Counted from the stretch's first letter, positions 1 to 7,301 are shown. The stretch is DNA of 37,752 nt from Gammaproteobacteria bacterium (GCA_041499545.1 JBGQKK010000002.1:1-37752); one strand, 5' to 3'. Program-made: numbers and translations. The notes: generated from the letters alone by a model not told the origin.

Positions 1-87
1 CCGCACGCGCAGCAGCGCTTCGTCGCGATCGAGCCAGATTTCGACCGGCCCCAGAGCGGAGCTGCCATGCGTCGACGTGGCGGTCAT
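1..87 (-). CDS. 5' end (29 codons) of a crotonase-fold (enoyl-CoA hydratase-like) gene running out of the window; possibly a dienoyl-CoA hydratase of the benzoyl-CoA pathway
   Basis: ATG at 87-85 overlaps the TGA of the upstream oah-like gene (ATGA, 84-87). Translation MTATSTHGSSALGPVEIWLDRDEALLRVR looks like a crotonase N-terminus. Too short for a firm call. Confidence 0.35.
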   Translation of the reverse strand, partial: MTATSTHGSSALGPVEIWLDRDEALLRVR

Positions 88-1193
88 CGGGTCCCCTTTC
101 CCGGCTGGATGCGCTCGGTGAGCGCGTCCGACCAGCCCTCGCCCCGCGCGATCGCCTGACGCAGCGCGACGAAATCCACCTCGCGGTCATCCTTCGTGCC
201 TTCGTTGAAGGCGCGGAAGCCGGCGCGGCCCTCGGTCATCATGTTGAGGGCGAGCCAGGCACGGTGGTTCTCCTTGTTGCGGTTCCAGGCCTCGAGCTTG
301 GGCTTGCGCAGCTCCTCGATGGTCTTGGTGGTGCAATCGGGGAAGGTGAGCAGCAGCTTGGCGCACATTTCCTCGACCTTGGCGTCGAGCAGCGCGAGGT
401 CCACCGTGCCCCTCGCCATGAGCGCCTTGCCTTCCCTGGCGGCGTCGCCGGTCTTGAAATCGCCGTAGACGACGCGGCCGAACTCGTCGGAAAACCGCTG
501 CGTTTCGACCAGGGGATTGGCGACGAACTTGCCCTCCAGCTTGAGGGCGGGGGCGATGTCGGCGAGCAGCCCCCAGTGGTAGGCCTTATGCGCCGAAAAG
601 GGCTCGCACATCACGCAGGCGACCATGGCGCGGTCGGCGCCGATCACGGGGGGCAGAAAGTCGGTCGCTCCGCCGATCGGGGCCGATCCGTGCTTCGGAC
701 CCGCCTGGCCGAAGCGGGCGAGATCCTGCGCGACCGAGAAGTCGCAGGCCATCCCCAGCTCCTGGCCTCCGCCGATGCGCATGCCGTTCACGCGGCAGAT
801 CACCGGTTTGTCGCAGGACAGGATGGCGGAAACCATGTCGTTGAATAGGCGCATGTATTGGCGGTATTCCTGCGGCCGGCCGGCGTAGTACTCCGCGTAT
901 TCCTTGGTATTGCCGCCGGTGCAGAACGCCTTGTCGCCGACCCCGGTGAACACGACGCAATTGACGTCGCGCGAGTTCGAAGCCGCCCGGAAAGCCAGGA
1001 TCAGCGCCTTGGCCATCTCGGTGGTGTAGGAGTTGAACTGGGCCGGATTGTCGAGCCAGATCCAGGCGTTATGCAGGCCCGCCGCGGGCTTGCCGTCGGG
1101 GCTGCGCGCGGGGCGCTTCTCGTAGCGCAGGCCGGCGGCGACTCGGCCTTCGGCGAGGTCGTGGCTCTTGAGAACGACGGCTGGAGCGTCCAT
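84..1193 (-). CDS. oah: 6-oxocyclohex-1-ene-1-carbonyl-CoA hydrolase (ring-opening enzyme of anaerobic benzoyl-CoA degradation; crotonase superfamily)
   Basis: 369 aa. Carries the blocks QFNSYTTEM, FCTGGNTKEYAEYYAGRPQEYRQYMRLFNDMV and GGGQELGMACDF, which I recognise as the conserved BamA/Oah regions (the bamA marker primers target QYNSYTT and GQEIGM). Perfect RBS AAGGAGG upstream of the ATG at 1193. Confidence 0.85.
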   Translation of the reverse strand: MDAPAVVLKSHDLAEGRVAAGLRYEKRPARSPDGKPAAGLHNAWIWLDNPAQFNSYTTEMAKALILAFRAASNSRDVNCVVFTGVGDKAFCTGGNTKEYAEYYAGRPQEYRQYMRLFNDMVSAILSCDKPVICRVNGMRIGGGQELGMACDFSVAQDLARFGQAGPKHGSAPIGGATDFLPPVIGADRAMVACVMCEPFSAHKAYHWGLLADIAPALKLEGKFVANPLVETQRFSDEFGRVVYGDFKTGDAAREGKALMARGTVDLALLDAKVEEMCAKLLLTFPDCTTKTIEELRKPKLEAWNRNKENHRAWLALNMMTEGRAGFRAFNEGTKDDREVDFVALRQAIARGEGWSDALTERIQPGKGTR

Positions 1194-1222
1194 CGACTCC
1201 TCCTTTTAGCGGGCGCGGACGC

Positions 1223-1250
1223 TTGACGGGGGCATTCGCGCGGCTATAAT
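1223..1250 (+). promoter_or_regulatory. Near-consensus sigma70 promoter facing korA (TTGACG-16 nt-TATAAT)
   Basis: TTGACG at 1223-1228 and TATAAT at 1245-1250, 16-nt spacer. Lies in the oah/korA divergent intergenic region. Confidence 0.5.
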
Positions 1251-1267
1251 GGTATTAACGTACCATT
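1248..1267. promoter_or_regulatory. Palindromic operator candidate AATGGTA-N6-TACCATT
   Basis: Perfect 7-bp arms at 1248-1254 and 1261-1267. Overlaps the -10 of the + strand promoter and the candidate -10 (TACGTT, 1262-1257) of a minus-strand TTGACA (1286-1281) promoter facing oah. Confidence 0.4.
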
Positions 1268-1324
1268 TTACGATTGCAGCTGTCAAACGTGTTTTGGATT
1301 GTGTGCCGTTTGCGGCGGCGGAAT

Positions 1325-1338
1325 TTGCGCTAGATCAA
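1325..1338. promoter_or_regulatory. FNR/CRP-family box TTGCG-CTAG-ATCAA
   Basis: Matches TTGAT-N4-ATCAA in 8/10 positions (right half perfect). Its centre at 1331.5 lies about 41.5 nt upstream of a start predicted from a TAAAAT -10 element at 1360-1365. Confidence 0.4.
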
Positions 1339-1409
1339 ATTCCCTCGGTTCCCCGACCCTAAAATCCGGGGACGCAGGAATCCGAGAAATCGGGAATCGG
1401 AGAAAACGG

Positions 1410-3140
1410 ATGCACGAAAGAGCAGGTGTAACTAGCCTTTCGATCGCGCTGACAGGGAGCGGCGGGGCCGGGGTCATGACCGCCGGCAGCATGCTGCTCG
1501 AGGCCGCCGCGCAGGCCGGCTGGTACGGCCTGATGGTGCGCTCCAGCGGGCCCCAGATCCGCGGCGGCGAGGCGGCCGCGCTCCTGCGGCTGGCCGCCCG
1601 GCCGGTCGATTGCCTGGACGACCGCTTCGACCTGGTGATCGCCGTGGACTGGCAGAATCTGCACCGGTTCGCGGACGAGATTCCCCTGGATGCGGAGAGC
1701 CTGATGATCGGGGACCCGGATCAGGGGGACCCGCCGGAGGCGTTCACCCAGCGCGGCACGCGCCTGGCGCAGGTGGCCTTCAAGCGCATGGCGAAGGCCA
1801 TCCCGGGAAGCTGGCCCAACATGATCGTGCTCGGGCTCGCCGGCGCGCTCGCCGGCCTTCCCGCGGAAACGCTCAAGGCGGTGGTGCGCAAATCCTACAA
1901 GAAGGGCGACGAGGGACTCGCCGCCAGCTTCGCCGCGGTCGAAGCGGGTGTCGCCGCCGCGGCGAACCTCCCGCCCGCTCCGCGCCTTGCCTCGCCGGCG
2001 CGCGCTGCGAAGCCTCGCTGGCTCCTCACCGGCAACGAAGCCGCGGGATGCGGCGCCGTTCGCGGCGGGGTGCGCTTCGTCGCGGCGTATCCGATCACGC
2101 CGGCGACCGAAATACTGGAATGGCTCGCCCCGGCGCTCGCCGATGTCGGCGGCGCCCTGGTGCAGGCCGAGGACGAGCTCGCTTCGATCAACATGGCCAT
2201 CGGCGCCTCGTTCGGCGGCGTGCCCTCGCTCACCGCGACGGCCGGGCCCGGGCTGTCGCTCATGACCGAGGCCCTGGGTCTCGCGGTCGCGGCCGAAGTG
2301 CCCGTGGTCGTGGTCGACGTGATGCGCGGCGGTCCCTCGACGGGGATTCCCGCGAAGAGCGAGCAGAGCGACGTCAACATCGCGGTGAACGGGCTGCACG
2401 GCGACGCGCCCCGGATCGTCGTGGCGCCCAACTCCATCGCCGACTGCCTTGCGGCGACGCAATGGGCGGTGCACCTGTCGGAGACGCTGCAGGCGCCGGC
2501 GATCGTTCTCTCCGATCAGTATCTGGGGCAGACCCGCGCGGTCGTGGACCGCCCCGCCGACCTCAGCTTCATGGGCGAGCGCGCGCTGGCGGCGCCGCGC
2601 ACGGAGGGCTACAAGCGCTACGCCCTGACCGAATCGGGCGTATCGCCGGCGGCCGTTCCCGGCATGCCGGGCAACGCGTATACGGCCGAGGGGCTCGAGC
2701 ACAACGAGCGCGGCATCCCCTCGAGCCAGTCGCGGGACCATCTGGCGCAGCTCGCCAAGCGCGAGCGCAAGCTCAAGCAGCACGATTACGGCGATCGCTG
2801 GGCGGAGATCGAAGGCGAGGGCGACACCGCCGTGGTGACCTTCGGATCCTGCACCGGAGCGGCGCGCGAGGCGCTCGCGCGCGCGGCGCAGGACGGCAGG
2901 AGCGTGAGGCTGGTATCGATGCGGCTGCTCTCTCCGGCCCAGCCCGAGCGGCTGGCGAAGGCGCTCCAGGGCGTCAAGCGCGTGCTGGTGGTCGAGCAAA
3001 ACCACGGCGCGCAATTCCACCGCTACCTCCGGGCCGATTTCGATCTGCCCGGCGAGGTGCTGAGCTACCATCGGGCCGGCCCGCTGCCGATCCGCCCCGA
3101 CGAGATCTACCGGCAGATCAAGGAATGGAGGCGCGCATGA
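1410..3140 (+). CDS. korA: 2-oxoglutarate:ferredoxin oxidoreductase, alpha subunit (fused gamma-alpha domains)
   Basis: The ORF track gives 1299-3140. I place the start at ATG 1410 (MHERAGVTSLSIALTGSGGAGVMTAG...), preceded by GGAG at 1399-1402. N-terminal gamma-type domain (GPQIRGGEAAA) followed by the alpha domain (TGNEAAGCGAVRGG..AAYPITPATEI). Confidence 0.88.
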   Translation: MHERAGVTSLSIALTGSGGAGVMTAGSMLLEAAAQAGWYGLMVRSSGPQIRGGEAAALLRLAARPVDCLDDRFDLVIAVDWQNLHRFADEIPLDAESLMIGDPDQGDPPEAFTQRGTRLAQVAFKRMAKAIPGSWPNMIVLGLAGALAGLPAETLKAVVRKSYKKGDEGLAASFAAVEAGVAAAANLPPAPRLASPARAAKPRWLLTGNEAAGCGAVRGGVRFVAAYPITPATEILEWLAPALADVGGALVQAEDELASINMAIGASFGGVPSLTATAGPGLSLMTEALGLAVAAEVPVVVVDVMRGGPSTGIPAKSEQSDVNIAVNGLHGDAPRIVVAPNSIADCLAATQWAVHLSETLQAPAIVLSDQYLGQTRAVVDRPADLSFMGERALAAPRTEGYKRYALTESGVSPAAVPGMPGNAYTAEGLEHNERGIPSSQSRDHLAQLAKRERKLKQHDYGDRWAEIEGEGDTAVVTFGSCTGAAREALARAAQDGRSVRLVSMRLLSPAQPERLAKALQGVKRVLVVEQNHGAQFHRYLRADFDLPGEVLSYHRAGPLPIRPDEIYRQIKEWRRA

Positions 3141-3150
3141 AGGGTCAAGT

Positions 3151-3987
3151 ATGACTGCGGCCGCAGCGGCCGCGCCGGTCACCTGGCAGGCCTTCAAGTC
3201 CGATTACAAGCCCATCTGGTGCCCCGGCTGCGGCGACTACTCGGTGCTCGCCTCGGTCGCCAAGGCGTTCGCGACCCTCGAGCTGCGTCCCGAAAACGTC
3301 GCCGTCGTCTCCGGCATCGGCTGCTCCTCGCGCATCCCCGCCTATACCAGCTGCTACGGCTTTCACGGCGTTCACGGACGCGCGCTCGCCGCTGGCACCG
3401 GGCTGAAGATCGCGCGGCCCGACCTCACCGTGCTGGTGGCGGGCGGAGACGGAGACGGCTACTCGATCGGCGGCAATCACTTCCTGCACGCCTGCCGCCG
3501 CAACGTCGATATCACCTACGTGGTGATGGACAACCACGTATACGGAATGACCAAGGGGCAGCCCTCGCCGACCACGGAGCCCGACTGGGATTCCAAGCTC
3601 TCCCCCGGGGGCACCGGGCTGCGCACTTTCCACCCCCTGGTGATCGCGCTCGCCGCCGGCGCGAATTTCGTCGCGCGCGCCTTCTCGGGCGATCCGAACG
3701 AGACGGCGCGGATCCTCGCCGAAGCCATCCGCACGCCGGGCTTCTCTTTCGTGGAGATCCTGAGTCCCTGCGTGACCTTCTGTCCCGAGCAGCGCGAGTG
3801 GAAGAGCCTGGTGCGGCCCGCGCCCGTCGCGGCGACCGACGACCCGGCGCGCGCGGCCCGGCGCATCATGACCGACGACGGGTTCAATATCGGCGTGTTG
3901 TACAAGGGCGTCCGCAAGCCCTATCAGCCGCCCGTGGGCAAGGCGGCGAAGCGCCCGGCCGACCTGGAAGCGGGGTTCGCGATATGA
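3151..3987 (+). CDS. korB: 2-oxoglutarate:ferredoxin oxidoreductase, beta (TPP-binding) subunit
   Basis: 278 aa. Motifs WCPGCGDYSVL, GIGCSSR, GGDGDGYSIGGNHF and VMDNHVYGMTKGQ are typical of OFOR beta subunits. Starts 10 nt after korA. Confidence 0.9.
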   Translation: MTAAAAAAPVTWQAFKSDYKPIWCPGCGDYSVLASVAKAFATLELRPENVAVVSGIGCSSRIPAYTSCYGFHGVHGRALAAGTGLKIARPDLTVLVAGGDGDGYSIGGNHFLHACRRNVDITYVVMDNHVYGMTKGQPSPTTEPDWDSKLSPGGTGLRTFHPLVIALAAGANFVARAFSGDPNETARILAEAIRTPGFSFVEILSPCVTFCPEQREWKSLVRPAPVAATDDPARAARRIMTDDGFNIGVLYKGVRKPYQPPVGKAAKRPADLEAGFAI

Positions 3988-4547
3988 GCAAGCGAAAGAC
4001 AGCGGGTGCGCGGAAGGGCGGGAGATCGAAGAGCAGACCGAGCTCGACCGGCCGGTCGGATTTTCTGGCGCGCGCCTGGGCGATGGAGGTCGAAGCCGCC
4101 GAGCGCTACGCGTCGTTCGCCGACGCCATGGACCTGCACAACAACCGCGAGGTGGCGGAGCTGTTCCGCAAGCTCGCCCGGATCGAGCAATTGCACGCGG
4201 ACCAGCTTTTCGAGGAAGACCTCTCCAGGCGCGCGCCGGCGCTGCCGCCCGGAGGGCTGCGTTGGGACGGGGGGGAAGGGCCGGAGACCGCGGCGCCCGA
4301 CGAGCTGCACTATCGCATGCAGCCCTACCACGCGCTGCAGATCGCGCTCGACTGCGAAAAGAGAGCCAACAAGTTCTTCTCCGAGTACGCATCCAAGACG
4401 GCCGACGCGAAACTGCGCAAGGCGGCACGCGAAATGGCCGCGGAGGAGGCCGAGCACGTGCGCCTGATCGAGGACTGGATCAAGCGCACGCCGCCGCCCG
4501 AGAAGGATTGGGAGCACGATCCCGACCCGCCGTTCGTATCCGACTGA
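3984..4547 (+). CDS. Ferritin-like / rubrerythrin-family diiron protein (no rubredoxin domain) with a basic N-terminal tail
   Basis: This is the last 187 aa of ORF 3219-4547. ATG at 3984 overlaps the korB TGA (ATGA). Two E...ExxH half-sites are present (MEVEAAERY..RIEQLH and DCEKRAN..EEAEH). The N-terminus MSKRKTAGARKGGRSKSRPSSTGRS is highly basic. Confidence 0.75.
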   Translation: MSKRKTAGARKGGRSKSRPSSTGRSDFLARAWAMEVEAAERYASFADAMDLHNNREVAELFRKLARIEQLHADQLFEEDLSRRAPALPPGGLRWDGGEGPETAAPDELHYRMQPYHALQIALDCEKRANKFFSEYASKTADAKLRKAAREMAAEEAEHVRLIEDWIKRTPPPEKDWEHDPDPPFVSD

Positions 4548-4557
4548 AAGGGCGCCC

Positions 4558-4953
4558 ATGGAAGTCCTGCATCCGAAAGGCTGGGCGAAGCCGGTCGGTT
4601 ACTCGAACGGGATCGCGGCCGGACCCGGCCGCATCGTGTTCATCGCCGGGCAGGTGGGGTGGGACGAGCGGCAGAAATTCCAGACCGAGGAGATCGCGCC
4701 TCAGTTCGAGCAGGCGCTGAAGAACGTCCTCGCGGTGCTCGCCGAGGCGGGCGGCCGGCCCGAGCACATCTGCCGCATCACCGGCTTCTGCTGCGACAAG
4801 AAAGGGTACTTGGCGGCGCGCCCGGAGTTGGGGACAATCTGGAAGCGCCACATGGGGCGCCATTACCCCGTGATGAGCATGATCTTCGTTTCGGACCTGC
4901 TGGACAGTCCCGGCAAGATCGAGCTCGAGGCGACGGCGGTCGTGCCGGACTGA
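4558..4953 (+). CDS. RidA/YjgF/Rid-family protein (reactive enamine/imine deaminase family)
   Basis: 131 aa. YjgF-like pattern (GYSNGI..IFIAGQVGWD...ALKNVLAVLAEAGG...IELEATA). Confidence 0.8.
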   Translation: MEVLHPKGWAKPVGYSNGIAAGPGRIVFIAGQVGWDERQKFQTEEIAPQFEQALKNVLAVLAEAGGRPEHICRITGFCCDKKGYLAARPELGTIWKRHMGRHYPVMSMIFVSDLLDSPGKIELEATAVVPD

Positions 4954-4986
4954 AAGGAGCGGCAGGGGAGGCCGCGAGACCGTTCA

Positions 4987-5877
4987 ATGAGCGCCCCCTT
5001 CGTCCACCGACGCAAGATCCGATTCTCGCACTGCGACCCGACGGGGATCCTGTACTTCACCCACGTGTTCGATTTCGTCAACGCGGCCGTCGAGGACTGG
5101 TTCGAGACCGGCCTCGGCACGCCGTTCCACGAGTTCCACATGCATCACCGCCTCGGCAACCCGGTGGTGAGCACCGATTGCTCCTTCCTGCATGCCTGCC
5201 GGTTCGGCGAGGACATCGCCCTGGAGCTCTCCCCGACGCGCATCGGCCGCAGCTCGATGGAGATATGCATCGCCGTGAAGGTCGGCGGCGAGGAGCGCAT
5301 GCGGGTGCGCCACAAGACGGCGATGATCTCGCTCGATAGCTTCCGCGCGATCGAGATCCCGCCCGAGATGCGCACGCGGGCCATGGAGTTCCTCGCGCCC
5401 GAGCTGCGGCAGGAGCCTGCGCTGCATGCGCTGCATCTGGCCGGGGCGCCGCCGCCGGGCGCGTTCCGCTCCAGGCAGCTGGTGCGGTACTTCCACTGCG
5501 ACCCGGGCGGCATCGTCTACTTCCCGCGCTTCTTCGAGATGTTCAACGCGGTCCTCGAAGACTGGTTCGCCGGAGCGCTCGACTGCCCTTGGGGCGCGGA
5601 CTTGATGGGCGCGCGCAATCTGAGCATCCCCACGCTCGCGATACGCGCCGAATTCCTGCGCGCGTCGCGGCTGGGCGAGACCCTCGACTTCGTCCTGTGG
5701 CCGACGCGCCTCGGGCGCAGCTCGATCGGCCTCGCGCTCGTGGGCAGCGTCGCGGGCGCCGAGCGGCTGCGCGCGATCTGGACGATCTGCACGGCCTCGC
5801 GCGAGGCCTTCCGCTCGGTGCCGATCCCGGACGATCTTCGCAGCCGCATGCAGCGCCTCGTCCCGGCCGATGCGTGA
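4987..5877 (+). CDS. Tandem double-hotdog acyl-CoA thioesterase (two 4HBT/YbgC-like domains)
   Basis: 296 aa with a clear internal duplication: IRFSHCDPTGILYFTHVFDFVNAAVEDWFE...PTRIGRSS versus VRYFHCDPGGIVYFPRFFEMFNAVLEDWFA...PTRLGRSS. Confidence 0.8.
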   Translation: MSAPFVHRRKIRFSHCDPTGILYFTHVFDFVNAAVEDWFETGLGTPFHEFHMHHRLGNPVVSTDCSFLHACRFGEDIALELSPTRIGRSSMEICIAVKVGGEERMRVRHKTAMISLDSFRAIEIPPEMRTRAMEFLAPELRQEPALHALHLAGAPPPGAFRSRQLVRYFHCDPGGIVYFPRFFEMFNAVLEDWFAGALDCPWGADLMGARNLSIPTLAIRAEFLRASRLGETLDFVLWPTRLGRSSIGLALVGSVAGAERLRAIWTICTASREAFRSVPIPDDLRSRMQRLVPADA

Positions 5878-6457
5878 AGGGACCACTTCGGCGCAGGAAG
5901 CGCTCGCGCGGCTGGTCGCGGGCAACCAGCGCTTCGTTCGCGGGAAGGCGCGCTTTCCGACCCTGCAGAAGGAGGTCCTCGCGGATCTCGCGAAGGGCCA
6001 GCGCCCGTACGCGACGGTGCTGGGCTGCAGCGATTCGCGGGTGCCGCCCGAGCTGGTGTTCGACGCCGGCTTCGGCGAGCTTTTCGTCGTGCGGGTCGCC
6101 GGCAACGTGATCTCGCCCGAGGTCATGGGCTCCCTGCAGTACGCGGGCGTGCACTTGCGCACGCCGCTATTCGTCGTGCTGGGCCACGAAGGCTGCGGGG
6201 CGGTCCAGGCGGCGCTCGCCGCGAAGCTGCAGGGAAAGCGCGAGCGCAGGCACATCGCGGCCCTGCTGGACAACATCCTGCCGGGGCTGCGGGGCGTCGG
6301 CAATCGCCTCGACGCGGCGGTGGAAGCCAACGTGCGCTGGTCGATGCACCAGCTGCTCGAGACGCCGGAAGCCAAGGCGCGGGCGGCCGAGGGCGTCATG
6401 AAGCTCGTCGGCGCGATCTACGAGCTCAAGACCGGCCGCGTGCGGTTCCTGGAGTGA
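5870..6457 (+). CDS. can: Beta-class carbonic anhydrase
   Basis: 195 aa. Zinc-ligand motifs GCSDSRVPPE and GHEGCGAV. The start overlaps the thioesterase stop by 8 nt (ATGCGTGA). Confidence 0.88.
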   Translation: MREGTTSAQEALARLVAGNQRFVRGKARFPTLQKEVLADLAKGQRPYATVLGCSDSRVPPELVFDAGFGELFVVRVAGNVISPEVMGSLQYAGVHLRTPLFVVLGHEGCGAVQAALAAKLQGKRERRHIAALLDNILPGLRGVGNRLDAAVEANVRWSMHQLLETPEAKARAAEGVMKLVGAIYELKTGRVRFLE

Positions 6458-6468
6458 ACTGTGGCTTT

Positions 6469-6477
6469 GCTATAATT
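6469..6477 (+). promoter_or_regulatory. Extended -10 promoter element TGCTATAAT for the tRNA gene
   Basis: TGnTATAAT at 6469-6477, ending 10 nt upstream of the tRNA 5' end. Confidence 0.45.
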
Positions 6478-6486
6478 CTCCGCTTC

Positions 6487-6563
6487 GCGCCCGTAGCTCA
6501 GTTGGATAGAGTACCTGGCTACGAACCAGGGGGTCGTGGGTTCAAATCCTGCCGGGCGCGCCA
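6487..6563 (+). tRNA. tRNA-Arg (anticodon ACG)
   Basis: Manual cloverleaf. Acceptor GCGCCCG/CGGGCGC. D arm GCTC-AGTTGGATA-GAGT. Anticodon stem CCTGG/CCAGG with loop CTACGAA. T arm GTGGG-TTCAAAT-CCTGC (contains two G-T pairs). Encoded CCA present. Confidence 0.9.
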
Positions 6564-6755
6564 CTCATTCAAGGGCTTGCGATGTTGCAGGTCCTAGGTC
6601 TTAGGGGTAGCGTCGCACTGAGTTCCGTACGGAGTGCGCTGCTGGACCGGTCGAAATTTCTCGTGGTCGCTTGCGTCCGTTTTCAGAGTCGGCCTCGTAA
6701 GTGCCAGTAGACACCACCGACGGTGTCACTACCACTCAACCACGAGGATCAGCTT

Positions 6756-7301
6756 ATGAAGACCACTATCACCCGTTTCCTGACCGCCAGCGCGCTGCTG
6801 CTCGCGGTGAACCACAGCTTTGCCACCGACACCACCGCTTTACCGGACGTACCTGCGGCCTTGCGTCCTCCTGCTGGACAGGTTGTCTACCTCGAGGCAC
6901 TCGCAACCGGAGTTCAGATCTACGAGTGCATATCCAAATCCGACCAACCGTCAACGTACGAATGGACCTTCCGTGCGCCTGAGGCCACGCTCGCTGATCG
7001 CTCGGGCCGTTCGCTCGGGAAGCACTACGCCGGGCCAACGTGGGAGTCCGTGGACGGAAGTACAGTGGTTGGTGAGGCCAAGGCACGTGATCCAGGCCCA
7101 AAACAATCTGCCATTCCCTGGCTCCTTCTCGGTGCCAAGGCAACCACCGGTGGGGGCACTTTTGGTCAAGCCAAGAGCATCCAGCGCCTGCAAACGGTAG
7201 GCGGAGTTGCACCTTCGGAGCCCTGCAGCGCCACAAATGCCAAGCAGGTGGCCCGAGTTCCGTACACGGCAAGCTACTACTTCTATCGCGCAGTTCCGTA
7301 G
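6756..7301 (+). CDS. Secreted DUF3455-family protein
   Basis: Start moved to ATG 6756 (MKTTITRFLTASALLLAVNHSFA signal peptide), with GAGGA at 6744-6748. Shows the DUF3455-like pattern VQIYEC..YEWTF..PEATL..GKHYAGPTWES.DGS..IPWLLL..IQRLQTVGG.AP..C..VPYTASYYFY. GC is lower than the flanks. Confidence 0.75.
   Translation: MKTTITRFLTASALLLAVNHSFATDTTALPDVPAALRPPAGQVVYLEALATGVQIYECISKSDQPSTYEWTFRAPEATLADRSGRSLGKHYAGPTWESVDGSTVVGEAKARDPGPKQSAIPWLLLGAKATTGGGTFGQAKSIQRLQTVGGVAPSEPCSATNAKQVARVPYTASYYFYRAVP

Noticed and set aside
1359-3197. 612-aa ORF antisense to korA, plus the 514-aa alternate-frame ORF at 1610-3154
   Set aside because: Arg/Gly/Ala/Pro-dominated composition with no recognisable motifs. 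These are mirror ORFs expected in high-GC DNA. The korA frame carries clear OFOR motifs.
3145-4428. 427-aa minus-strand ORF, and the N-terminal 255 codons of plus ORF 3219-4547
   Set aside because: Both overlap korB, which has unambiguous TPP-binding motifs. Composition is Arg/Pro-rich. Only the last 187 codons of 3219-4547 (from ATG 3984) look like a real protein.
4984-6399. 471-aa minus-strand ORF spanning the thioesterase and carbonic anhydrase genes
   Set aside because: No motifs and a biased Arg/Ala composition. The opposite strand encodes two proteins with clear family signatures.
6614-6638. Hairpin CGCACT...AGTGCG after the tRNA as a terminator
   Set aside because: 6-bp stem with a 13-nt loop, an ambiguous inner pairing and no U-tract. 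Too weak to annotate.
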